Numbered from the stretch's first letter, positions 10,115 through 19,267 are shown. The stretch is 32,000 nucleotides of DNA from Candidatus Iainarchaeum sp. (GCA_028700115.1 JAQVTI010000004.1:25585-57584), one strand, 5' to 3'. Numbers and translations are program-made. Notes: generated by a model from the letters alone, not told the origin.

Positions 10115-13100
10115 ATGATATATAATTTTAATAAAAAAATATCAATATCCCCATTAATTGCAGTAATTTTAATAATTTTAGTTGCATCAGTTTTAACTGG
10201 TGCAATTTTATCTTGGTCTAAATCCTCTATTAAAAATTCACTTTCAGATTCTTCTCAAATTTCTAATCAAAGTTTAAATATTTTAGAATGTAAGGATATT
10301 TATCTAAAAGTAGAGTCATTTACATATTATTCTGATTTAAATTATTTTAATTTACTTGTAACAAACACATCTAGTTATAAATTACAAAACCCACAAATAA
10401 CTATTTTAGGGATTGATAGTTTGGGAGAAGATATTAGACTTACAGGTAATTTTAATTCATCTTTAGATAAAGGAGAAACTAAAGTTTTTTCTACAAACTC
10501 AGTTGATTTTTATTTTTCTTTTCAAACACATGAAGTTTCTGATCTAAATTCAGATAATATTTCAGAAATTACATTTGTTTTTCAAACATGCCCTACAAAT
10601 ATTTTATATTTTAAAGATTGGGATATTATAGGTGCGATTGTAAGTGGTGAAACAACTCCAGTTGCTTTATTTGTTTTAGGTTTACATTATCTTTTTAATG
10701 AAGGAAGTGGAACTATTGTTAATGATTTATCTGATAATTCTTTAGATGGAGATTTAAATAGTGGTTTTTGGCAAACAAATGAAGTTGATATTAATTTTTT
10801 AAAATTAGATAATAGTTATAGGGATTCTTTAATAGTTGATGCAAATTTAAATGGTCTAGAAGATGATTCTGGATATAGTTATACTTTTACAAATTCAGGA
10901 TCTGTTGCTTCAATTAACCAAAATGGAGAGGCTATGGCTAGAGATTTTGATGGGGTTAGTGATTATTTAATAATTAATTCTCCAATTAAAGAAGATAAAT
11001 ATCCATTAACAGTTTCATTTTGGATAAATGCAGATTCATGGACTACAAATTATTATGCAGCAGGAGATTTATATTATTCTTGGCTTATAAATAAAAGGGA
11101 TAATGGTACAGATAGATGTTGGCAGTTTATGTTGTCTGATGGATATCCAAGAGTTGATATGTTTAATGATGCAGGAGATGGAATTGATGGAGATTTACAA
11201 TCTAATCAAATTATAACTTTAGAAGAATGGGTGCATATTCTTTTAACAACTGGAGGTCAAACAGGAGATTCTGCAAAAATATATCAAGATGGTGAATTAG
11301 TTTCTGAAGTAACTTTAACAGGAGATAGGCATTTAAGTTCAAGAGAAGTTGTAATTGGTGCTGCTGGTTGGTCTTTTGATTTATTTAATTTTGATGGAGA
11401 TATTTCTGATGTTAAGATTTGGAATAAAGAGCTTAGTGAAAGTGAAGTTAAAAGTGTGTATAATGAACAAAAATCAGATTATGTTACTTCAAATGATTCT
11501 AATAGTTTAGATTTGTCTGATGGGTTTACAATAAATGCATGGGTTAATACAAACAATTTAGATGAACAAACAATTGCTTCAAAAGAAAGTTTTAATACAA
11601 GTTTGTCTTCTGCAGATTTTGAAACATTTGATTTACAAACAATAAGTTCTAGTTATACTGGTTATTTTGATGAATATTTCGATGGGAGATATGTTTATTT
11701 TTTACCTTATCATAATGGATCTGTATATCATGATAAATTTTTTAGATATGATACTACAAAAGATTTTATTTCTTCTTCAAGTTATGAATTTTTTGATTTA
11801 AGTACAGTTAATTCAAAATGTACTGGATTTACAGGAATTTCTTCTGATGGTGATTATTTATATTTAAGTACCTATTCAGGAAGTATTAATGGATGTTTTT
11901 TAAAATATGATTTAAATTCTTCTTTTACATCTTCATCTAGTTATGAATTTATGGATTTAACTACTTTAGATTCTAGTTATAAAGGTTTATTTAGTAGTTT
12001 ATTTGATGGAAGATATGTTTATATGTTAGTATATAATAATGGTAGTTATACTGGTAAGATCATAAGATATGATACTTTATCTGATTTTACATCTTCATCT
12101 AGTTATATTGTTTTTGATTTATCTACAATTAATTCTTTGTATAAAGGATATGCTTCAATGATTTTTGATAATAGATATATTTATTTTATACCTTTTCATA
12201 ATGGAGTTAGACAGGGTAATTTTTTAAGGTATGATACATATGAATCTTTTACAGATTCATCAAGTTATGAATATTTTAATTTAGAAACTATAAATTCTAA
12301 TTATAAAGGATTTATTGGAGGTGTTTTTGATGGAACTTATGTTTATCTTGTGCCTTATACAAATGGTGATTATTTTTCAAGTGTTGTTAGATATGATACT
12401 TCTTTAGATTTTGATAATTCTAAAAGTTATTCTGTATTTGAATTAACTAATTTAAATTCAAATTATAAAGGATATAGAAGTGCTGTTTTTGATGGGAGAT
12501 ATGTTTATTTTGTGCCTCATAATAATGGATCCTATCATGGAAATTTAATAAAATATGATATTTCTAAAGATTTTTTAGAAAATTCTAGTTATTCTGTATT
12601 TGATACTTCTAGTTTAAATTCTGGTTTTAAAGGTTTTTTTGGTGGGCTTTATGATGGTAAATATTTATATTTGCAAGGTTATAGTGATCGATCTACTGGA
12701 ATTGTTGGAAGATATGATACTAGAGAAAATAATAATTTTAATTTTAAAATAAATTCATCTTCTCAAGATGGTATTAGTCAATCTAAACAAGGAATTAAAT
12801 TTAATTTAGATACAAATGAAGGTTATTATCAATTGTTTGATAATAATTATACTGAAACTGGTTGGCATATGTATTCTGCAAGTTATGATAATAATTTAAT
12901 GAAAATATATTATGATGGTAATCTTTCAAAAAGTAAACAAGTAAGTGGAGCTATAACTAGTACCATTTTAGATGATTTAATAATTGGAAAAACAAATACT
13001 GGTTTTTATGGACTTGATGGAAATATTTCTGATTTTAAAATATATGAAGAAGCTTTATCTGATGAAAATATTTCTGATTTATATGATCAAAATATAAATG

Positions 13101-13765
13101 ATTATCCTTCTAGTCCTTTTGGTTCACATCCAACTTTAGAAGAAGATTTAGTTTCTTATTATTCATTTGATGGAAACGCAGAAGATTCAAAAGGAACAAA
13201 TGATGGAATTTCTAATAGTGTTAATTATTCAACTATGAATGGAATAATAAATAGTGGTGCTGAATTTAATTCTAACAATGATAGTTATATTCAATATTCT
13301 TCAATAATAACTCCTAAAGGTGAAAAAAGTATTTCTATTTGGTTAAAAACTTCTCAAACTAGTTGGTGTAGTATTTTTAAAAATAATAGTGATGGTACTC
13401 AAAGTTATGGTGTTTCAATATATGGTTCTGGACATGTTGAACTTTCTCAAGCATCTTCAATTAAAGTTTTAGAAATTTCTCCTGTAGGTGATTTAAGAGA
13501 TGGAAATTGGCATCATTTAGTGTTTACTTGGGATGGAACTACTAATTCAGATACAGTTAAATTATATATTGATGGAATTTTAAATAATCAAAATACTGCA
13601 AATAATACTGAAACAGTAACTCCTTCATATAATTTAATTATAGGTAGATATACTAATGTTTATGATTATGATGGAGATATAGATGAAGTTGGTATTTGGG
13701 AAAGAGCTTTAACTCAAAAAGAAGTAATGGATATTTACAATCTTGGAAATGGGCTTTCTAGATAA
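10115..13765 (+). CDS. Large surface protein: archaeal pilin-type N-terminal signal + LamG + LamG containing a nested ~7-bladed beta-propeller + C-terminal LamG
   Basis: KKISISPLIAVILIILVASVLTGAILSWSKSS at N-terminus; three LamG-like jelly-roll segments (e.g. LVSYYSFDGNAEDSKGTNDG...HHLVFTWDG...KLYIDGILNNQ...IDEVGIWERALTQKEVMDIYNLG); seven ~54-aa repeats FDL..INS.YKG....FDGRYVYF.PYHNGSY.G...RYDT..DF..SSSY. Confidence 0.8.
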   Translation: MIYNFNKKISISPLIAVILIILVASVLTGAILSWSKSSIKNSLSDSSQISNQSLNILECKDIYLKVESFTYYSDLNYFNLLVTNTSSYKLQNPQITILGIDSLGEDIRLTGNFNSSLDKGETKVFSTNSVDFYFSFQTHEVSDLNSDNISEITFVFQTCPTNILYFKDWDIIGAIVSGETTPVALFVLGLHYLFNEGSGTIVNDLSDNSLDGDLNSGFWQTNEVDINFLKLDNSYRDSLIVDANLNGLEDDSGYSYTFTNSGSVASINQNGEAMARDFDGVSDYLIINSPIKEDKYPLTVSFWINADSWTTNYYAAGDLYYSWLINKRDNGTDRCWQFMLSDGYPRVDMFNDAGDGIDGDLQSNQIITLEEWVHILLTTGGQTGDSAKIYQDGELVSEVTLTGDRHLSSREVVIGAAGWSFDLFNFDGDISDVKIWNKELSESEVKSVYNEQKSDYVTSNDSNSLDLSDGFTINAWVNTNNLDEQTIASKESFNTSLSSADFETFDLQTISSSYTGYFDEYFDGRYVYFLPYHNGSVYHDKFFRYDTTKDFISSSSYEFFDLSTVNSKCTGFTGISSDGDYLYLSTYSGSINGCFLKYDLNSSFTSSSSYEFMDLTTLDSSYKGLFSSLFDGRYVYMLVYNNGSYTGKIIRYDTLSDFTSSSSYIVFDLSTINSLYKGYASMIFDNRYIYFIPFHNGVRQGNFLRYDTYESFTDSSSYEYFNLETINSNYKGFIGGVFDGTYVYLVPYTNGDYFSSVVRYDTSLDFDNSKSYSVFELTNLNSNYKGYRSAVFDGRYVYFVPHNNGSYHGNLIKYDISKDFLENSSYSVFDTSSLNSGFKGFFGGLYDGKYLYLQGYSDRSTGIVGRYDTRENNNFNFKINSSSQDGISQSKQGIKFNLDTNEGYYQLFDNNYTETGWHMYSASYDNNLMKIYYDGNLSKSKQVSGAITSTILDDLIIGKTNTGFYGLDGNISDFKIYEEALSDENISDLYDQNINDYPSSPFGSHPTLEEDLVSYYSFDGNAEDSKGTNDGISNSVNYSTMNGIINSGAEFNSNNDSYIQYSSIITPKGEKSISIWLKTSQTSWCSIFKNNSDGTQSYGVSIYGSGHVELSQASSIKVLEISPVGDLRDGNWHHLVFTWDGTTNSDTVKLYIDGILNNQNTANNTETVTPSYNLIIGRYTNVYDYDGDIDEVGIWERALTQKEVMDIYNLGNGLSR
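11618..12729 (+). repeat. Seven ~54-aa (~160-bp) repeats, predicted 7-bladed beta-propeller
   Basis: Units end in RYDT/KYDx..DF.xSSSY and contain FDGRYVYFxPYxNG. Seven consecutive units counted by eye in the translation. Confidence 0.75.
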
Positions 13766-13805
13766 AAATATATTTTATAAATATTTTCTTTTATCTTAAT
13801 AGTAT

Positions 13806-15041
13806 ATGTTATATAAAGTTAAATCAAAAAAAGCAATTTCTCCTGTAATTGCAATTATTTTTATAGTTCTAATTGCAGCGATTTTAACTGGAGCTATGCT
13901 TTCTTGGTCTAAATCTTCAACTAAAGATAAATTAGAAATAACTTCTAAAGAATCAAGACAAATAGTTGATGATTTAACTTGTAGTGATATAGAATATTCA
14001 ATTGAAGATGTTGTAATTGATACTAGAACAAAAGATTTTAATTTTTTATTTTTTAATAATTCAACAATTAAACTTTATAACCCAAAGATAACTATTTTAG
14101 GAAAAAGTTTATCTGGTGAAGACTTAAGATTTGTTGGAGAGTTTAATTCTTCTATAGATAAAATGGAAAGTAAAACTTTTTCAACAACTTCTGATTTTAA
14201 TTATTCTTATCAATCTCATGAAACTGATCAATTAGATGTTGATTCAATTGAAGAAATTACAATTGTTTTTAATACATGTCCAAATAAAATATTTTTAATA
14301 GATACATATGAAACAATTACTTCTGCAGAACCATCTCCTTATTTTAGCGGGCATTCAACTTTAGATAATAATATAGTTGCATATTATTCATTTGATGGAA
14401 ATGCAGAAGATCAAGTTGGAACTTGTGATGGAACAGTTAGTGGTGCATTAAATAGTTCTAGTTATGGTTTAATTAATCAAGGTTATAGATTTGATGGGGA
14501 TTGGGATTATATTAATTTAGGAAAAAATAATGCAATTGAATCTTTATTTGATCCAGGAAATAGTTTTTCTATATCTTTTTGGATGTATTCTTTAGAGAAT
14601 GTAACTTCTAACTGGAGATGGGTTTTAAGTAAAGCATATACTTCTCATACACCTCCATATTATCAATTTGATTTTAAATTAAATAGTATTGGATCTATGT
14701 CTTCTGTACTTTATAATGATTCTGTATCTATTTATTTAGGAGATTCTGATTCTAGTTATGAAGAATATAATAATTGGAATTATGTTGTAATTACAGTTGA
14801 TTTAACTAATAATATATATAATATATATATTAATAATAATTTATTAGTAACAGATACTACTCCTGAAGGAACTTATACAAATTATGATACTGAACTTGCA
14901 ATTGGTAGAAATATTAAATTTAATAATAATTCAGTTTATGATTTTTATGGTTATATTGACGAAGTTGGAATTTGGGAAAGAGAATTAACCCAAGATGAAG
15001 TTTCTGCATTATATAACTCTGGAAATGGTCTTTCTAGATAA
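13806..15041 (+). CDS. Surface protein: archaeal pilin-type N-terminus + LamG domain
   Basis: KSKKAISPVIAIIFIVLIAAILTGAMLSWSKSS; IVAYYSFDGNAEDQVGTCDG...FSISFWMYSLENV...YIDEVGIWERELTQDEVSALYNSGNGLSR. Confidence 0.82.
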   Translation: MLYKVKSKKAISPVIAIIFIVLIAAILTGAMLSWSKSSTKDKLEITSKESRQIVDDLTCSDIEYSIEDVVIDTRTKDFNFLFFNNSTIKLYNPKITILGKSLSGEDLRFVGEFNSSIDKMESKTFSTTSDFNYSYQSHETDQLDVDSIEEITIVFNTCPNKIFLIDTYETITSAEPSPYFSGHSTLDNNIVAYYSFDGNAEDQVGTCDGTVSGALNSSSYGLINQGYRFDGDWDYINLGKNNAIESLFDPGNSFSISFWMYSLENVTSNWRWVLSKAYTSHTPPYYQFDFKLNSIGSMSSVLYNDSVSIYLGDSDSSYEEYNNWNYVVITVDLTNNIYNIYINNNLLVTDTTPEGTYTNYDTELAIGRNIKFNNNSVYDFYGYIDEVGIWERELTQDEVSALYNSGNGLSR

Positions 15042-15079
15042 TGATATATTTTATAAATGTTTTCTTTTATTTTATTATT

Positions 15080-17731
15080 ATGTTATGTAAAGTTAAATCA
15101 AAAAAAGCAATTTCTCCAATAATAGCAGTAATTTTAATTATTTTAATTGCATCTGTTTTAACTGGAGCTATTTTATCTTGGTCTAAATCTTCAACTAAAG
15201 AAAATATGGCTTTAACCTCTAAGGAGTCAAGAGAAATTGTAAGTGATTTAACTTGTAATGATTTAGTTTATTATATTGATTCTATAGATTTTAGATATGC
15301 AACAAATGATTTTACTTTTTTAATAGTAAATAATTCTTCACAAAAACTTTTTTTTCCAAAAATAACTGTTTTTGGAAAAACTTTATCTGGGGAAGATATT
15401 AAATGGGTTGGAGAGTTTGAAGATTATATAGATAAAGCACAAACTAAATCTTTTTTAACATCTTCTGAGAATTTCACATATACTTCTCAAACACATACAA
15501 CAAATATAGATGAAAATAGTTTAAGTGTAAATCTTGTTTTTCAAACATGTCCTAATAAAATTATAACAATTAATAGTTATGATGTTATTTATCCTGTTTG
15601 TGGAGATTCTTTATGTGAAGGAGATGAAACTTCTGAAAATTGTTATTCAGATTGTGGAAGTTGTGGGGATAGTGTTTGTTCTGCTCCTGATGAAAATTTA
15701 GATACTTGTGCAATTGATTGTGCGGTTTGTGGAGATGGCATTTGTTCTTCAAGTGTAGAAAACACAGCTTCATGTTTACAAGATTGTCCTCCTAATTATT
15801 TTTCTTCAACTTGGAATACAGCAACTACTGGATATGGTTCAAGTGCTTCTAATCAAATAAATCTTCCTTTAGTTTCAAGTGGAACTTATGATTTTAATGT
15901 AAATTGGGGAGATGGTTCAGTTTCACAGATTACTTCATATAATGATCCTGATAAAACACATACTTATGCTTCTTCAGGGATTTATGATGTGAATATGTGG
16001 GGAACTATTGAAGGTATTTCTTTTGAATATTCTAGTGATAGGTATAAATTAACTGAAATTTCTCAATGGGGAGATTTTAGTCCTAAAAATAGTAAATTTA
16101 GTTATTGTGAAAATTTAGATATTACAGCAACTGATATTTTGGATTTAACTGGAGTTACAAGATTAATTTGTTTTTTTTGTAATTGTTCAAGTTTAACTCA
16201 AATTCCAAATATAGACCAATGGGATGTTTCAAATATTACAGATATGTCTAGTTTGTTTGCTGGTACTTCTTTTAATCAAGATCTTTCTTCTTGGGATGTT
16301 TCAAATGTTACTGATATGTATGGGATGTTTTCAAATACAAATAATTTTAATCAACCTTTAAATAGCTGGGATGTTTCTAGTGTAACTGATATGGGATCTT
16401 TATTTTTAAATGCAGATGCTTTTAATCAACCTTTAAATAACTGGGATGTTTCTAATGTTACTAATATTAATAATATGTTTAATAATGCAGATGCTTTTAA
16501 TCAACCTTTAAATAATTGGGATACATCAAATGTAACTACACTATATGGAACTTTTGCTGAAACTTTAGCATTTAACCAATCTTTAAATGATTGGAATACA
16601 TCTAAAGTAACAACTTTTGAAAAAATGTTTTATGGAAGTGAATCTTTTAATGGTGCAGTTAATAATTGGGATACATCTAATGTGACTACCATGAATGGTA
16701 TGTTTCAAAATGCTTATGTTTTTAATCAACCTTTAAATGATTGGAATGTTTCAAATGTAACTAATATGGGTTATATGTTTAAAGAAGCATATGCTTTTAA
16801 TCAAGATTTAGATCAATGGGATATTTCTAGTTTAAGTAATATTTTTCAAATGTTTTCAGGAGCAATTAATTTTGATGGAAATATTTCAACATGGGATGTT
16901 TCAAATATAACTTATCTTGGTGATTTATTTAATTGTAATATATATAGTCAACATCTTGGTACTTTTATTACAGGTTGTCATTTTAATCAAGATATTTCTT
17001 CTTGGGATGTTTCAAATGTTACTAGTATGTCTGGTTTGTTTGAAAATCAAGTAGATTTTAATCAACCTTTAAATGATTGGGATGTTTCAAATGTAACTAA
17101 TTTGAGTGGTATGTTTAATGGTGCTAAATCTTTTAATCAACCTTTAAATGATTGGAATACTTCTAAAGTAACTAATATTAGACATATTTTTTATAATGCA
17201 AATTCATTTAATCAAGATTTAAATAATTGGGATACTTCAAATGTTTCAGATATGTCTTATGTGTTTATGATGGCTAATTTATTTAATGGAGATGTATCTA
17301 CATGGGATACTTCAAATGTAACTTCAATGGATTGGATGTTTTATTCTGCTGATTCATTTAATCAACCTTTAAATAATTGGGATACTTCTAAAGTTACTGA
17401 AATGGATTGGATGTTTTATTCTGCAGATAATTTTAATCAACCTTTAAATAACTGGGATGTTTCAAATGTAACTGATATGAGTTTTATGTTTAATGATGCT
17501 AAATCTTTTAATCAAGATATAGGTGATTGGAATACTTCTAAGGTTACTAATATGAATAGTATGTTTTATTCTTTAGATTATTTTAATCAAGATCTTTCTT
17601 CTTGGGATATTTCTAAAGTGACTTCTAGTTTTACTGCCTTTTTTTATGGAACTAGTGTGTCAGCAGCAAACTGTCAAGCAATGGCAACTGCTTGGGGAAA
17701 AACTTGTGCAGATTTAGGATGTACTTGTTAG
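15080..17731 (+). CDS. Surface protein: archaeal pilin-type N-terminus + Cys-rich CGDxxC repeats + BspA-like/DUF285 repeat domain (ORF track start 15041 is probably too long)
   Basis: ATG at 15080 gives MLCKVKSKKAISPIIAVILIILIASVLTGAILSWSKSS, aligned with the paralog start MLYKVKSKKAISPVIA at 13806. CGDSLCEGDETSENCYSDCG.CGDSVC...CGDGICSS; repeated FNQPLNNWDVSNVTDMSxMFxxA. Confidence 0.85.
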   Translation: MLCKVKSKKAISPIIAVILIILIASVLTGAILSWSKSSTKENMALTSKESREIVSDLTCNDLVYYIDSIDFRYATNDFTFLIVNNSSQKLFFPKITVFGKTLSGEDIKWVGEFEDYIDKAQTKSFLTSSENFTYTSQTHTTNIDENSLSVNLVFQTCPNKIITINSYDVIYPVCGDSLCEGDETSENCYSDCGSCGDSVCSAPDENLDTCAIDCAVCGDGICSSSVENTASCLQDCPPNYFSSTWNTATTGYGSSASNQINLPLVSSGTYDFNVNWGDGSVSQITSYNDPDKTHTYASSGIYDVNMWGTIEGISFEYSSDRYKLTEISQWGDFSPKNSKFSYCENLDITATDILDLTGVTRLICFFCNCSSLTQIPNIDQWDVSNITDMSSLFAGTSFNQDLSSWDVSNVTDMYGMFSNTNNFNQPLNSWDVSSVTDMGSLFLNADAFNQPLNNWDVSNVTNINNMFNNADAFNQPLNNWDTSNVTTLYGTFAETLAFNQSLNDWNTSKVTTFEKMFYGSESFNGAVNNWDTSNVTTMNGMFQNAYVFNQPLNDWNVSNVTNMGYMFKEAYAFNQDLDQWDISSLSNIFQMFSGAINFDGNISTWDVSNITYLGDLFNCNIYSQHLGTFITGCHFNQDISSWDVSNVTSMSGLFENQVDFNQPLNDWDVSNVTNLSGMFNGAKSFNQPLNDWNTSKVTNIRHIFYNANSFNQDLNNWDTSNVSDMSYVFMMANLFNGDVSTWDTSNVTSMDWMFYSADSFNQPLNNWDTSKVTEMDWMFYSADNFNQPLNNWDVSNVTDMSFMFNDAKSFNQDIGDWNTSKVTNMNSMFYSLDYFNQDLSSWDISKVTSSFTAFFYGTSVSAANCQAMATAWGKTCADLGCTC
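15594..15801 (+). repeat. Three Cys-rich repeats (CGDxxC ... C...DC)
   Basis: VCGDSLCEGDETSENCYSDC / GSCGDSVCSAPDENLDTCAIDC / AVCGDGICSSSVENTASCLQDC. Confidence 0.75.
16192..17656 (+). repeat. About 19 BspA-like 25-aa (75-bp) repeats
   Basis: Near-regular FNQPLNNWDVSNVTDMSxMFxxADx units. One unit (~16860-16980) carries an extra ~12-aa segment (NIYSQHLGTFITGC). Confidence 0.9.
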
Positions 17732-17760
17732 AAATTAATTTGTTTTTCTAACATTTTTTT
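17727..17760 (+). terminator. Hairpin plus T-tract overlapping the stop codon of the BspA-like gene
   Basis: GTTAGAAA (17727-17734) / TTTCTAAC (17745-17752), perfect 8-bp stem, followed by ATTTTTTT. Confidence 0.5.
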
Positions 17761-17815
17761 AATTTTATTTCAGAAAGTAAAGACTATACCTTATATAAAC
17801 ATTTTCCTGGATAAT

Positions 17816-17975
17816 ATATATCGGTAAATCTATTACCTAATTTCACAAATCAAAAAAGGCAGAAAAGAGGAAGGCGAGAACAAACTGTCTTAATCTTTAT
17901 AAAATCTAGGCAGATCCCTGGATCTCCCTTTTCTCACTTTATTTAGGTTTTTTCCTACTATTTTTTATCTATTTA
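17816..17975 (+). ncRNA. Candidate structured RNA (independent ncRNA or 5' leader of the DUF4349 gene)
   Basis: Locally GC-enriched island in AT-rich spacer. TATA-like CTTATATAAA at ~17790. Potential stems: ACCTAA/TTAGGT closing pair, AGAAAAG(A)GGA with TCCCTTTTCT, AGATC-CCTG-GATCT, GGTAA-ATCTA-TTACC. U-rich 3' end. Confidence 0.3.
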
Positions 17976-18036
17976 TAAACTTTATCTTATATAATAATCT
18001 TTAATTATATTAAAATTATTTAAAAAAGGTGAAAAT

Positions 18037-18918
18037 ATGAGTTTTAAAGAACAAACAAATAGATTAAAAGAAAACTGGTTTATTATTCTTTTAATTGTTG
18101 TGCTTTTATTTGTAATTGTTCCTTTTATCATAGGAATTGGTGGAATCACAAACTACTCAGCAAGAGATATGGTTGCATCATATGATCAAGGATTTACAAA
18201 TGAAGCAATGGGTAAATCTAGTTATTATTATGGAGAAACAGACTTTGCTCCTGAAATAACTGATAGAATTGTTACAATTTCTTCAAGTTTATCTTCTGAA
18301 GTAGAATACAAAGATTTTGAATCTAAGGAAAATGAATTTAAAGGAATTTTATCAGAATATGATACATTTATTTTAAATGAAAATGTATATGAATCAGGTT
18401 TTGGTAAAAAGAAATATATGAATGGTTCTTATACAATTAAAGTTAATTCAGAAGAATATTTAAATTTAGTAGATGAACTTAAAACTATTGGAGAAGTTAA
18501 AAGCTTTTCTGAAAATAAAGAAGATATAACAGGGAGTTATACAAATAAGAATATTGAATTAGAACTAGAAAAAGAAAAACTAAGAAAATATAATGAGTTA
18601 TATGATACTAATGATATTAGTATGGAAGACAAACTTGATTTAACAGATAAGATTTTCTATCAAGAAAGAAGAGTTAAATACTTAGAAGATTCAATAAACA
18701 ATATGGATAAGAGAGTAGAATATAGTACAATTAACTATTCTTTAAGAGAAAAACAATCAAGTTATGCAGACGTTATACTTGTTAAGTTTTCTGAACTGAT
18801 TAAAACTTTAGTGTCAAGTTTTAATGTCTTATTACACATTATTTTTGCAGTTGTGCCATTTGTAGTTTTAACACTTCTAATTGTATTATTTGCAAGAAGA
18901 CATAAGAAGAGAAGATAA
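18037..18918 (+). CDS. DUF4349 family membrane protein
   Basis: N-terminal TM, YSARDMV, DRIVTISSSLSSEVEYKDF...SGSYTIKVNSEEYLNLVDELKTIGEVKSFSENKEDIT..YTNKNIELE..KEKLRKY..., then C-terminal TM and basic tail. GGTGA ribosome-binding site 6 nt upstream. Confidence 0.75.
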   Translation: MSFKEQTNRLKENWFIILLIVVLLFVIVPFIIGIGGITNYSARDMVASYDQGFTNEAMGKSSYYYGETDFAPEITDRIVTISSSLSSEVEYKDFESKENEFKGILSEYDTFILNENVYESGFGKKKYMNGSYTIKVNSEEYLNLVDELKTIGEVKSFSENKEDITGSYTNKNIELELEKEKLRKYNELYDTNDISMEDKLDLTDKIFYQERRVKYLEDSINNMDKRVEYSTINYSLREKQSSYADVILVKFSELIKTLVSSFNVLLHIIFAVVPFVVLTLLIVLFARRHKKRR

Positions 18919-18943
18919 TTCTTCTCTTTTTCTCCCTTTTTTT

Positions 18944-19267
18944 TTAAAAATAGTTTAAAGGCATACTATATGGTCTAGATGAAACATTATCTAAATCATT
19001 TTCTGCATTATTTATTTTAAGTTTTATAAAATTAGATAATTCTTTTTTGTTTTTTAAAATATATTCTTTATTTATTTTAGATTGTATTATTCCTACTTTA
19101 ATTTTTAGTTTTTTATTAATTTTTGTAATAACATATACTTGTAAATTATTTTCTTGTTCAATATATATATTTTCATCTAATTTTATTGTTTTTTTAGATT
19201 TTTTTAGTTTTTTTATATTTTTTTTTTCAATTTCTAAGTTATAAAAGCCTTTTATTTTTAAATTCAT
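18944..19267 (-). CDS. Small hypothetical protein (107 aa)
   Basis: Open reading frame with Lys/Ile-rich soluble composition, convergent with the DUF4349 gene. No family recognised. Confidence 0.45.
   Translation of the reverse strand: MNLKIKGFYNLEIEKKNIKKLKKSKKTIKLDENIYIEQENNLQVYVITKINKKLKIKVGIIQSKINKEYILKNKKELSNFIKLKINNAENDLDNVSSRPYSMPLNYF

Noticed and set aside
15585-15773. 62-aa minus-strand His/Asn/Leu-rich ORF
   Set aside because: Antisense to the Cys-rich CGDxxC repeats; composition is explained by the complement.
15594-17656. Regular repeats considered as a CRISPR array
   Set aside because: Repeats are in-frame coding 75-bp units without unique spacers; they encode BspA-like repeats.
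17816-17960. Assignment of the GC-enriched spacer island as 5S, SRP or RNase P RNA
   Set aside because: GAGGAAGG superficially resembles the RNase P CR-I, but the other conserved regions and expected lengths were not found, nor any SRP helix 8 or 5S consensus.
19047-19244. 65-aa + strand Phe/Ile-rich ORF
   Set aside because: Antisense to the 18944-19267 minus ORF, no start signal or family features; typical shadow ORF.
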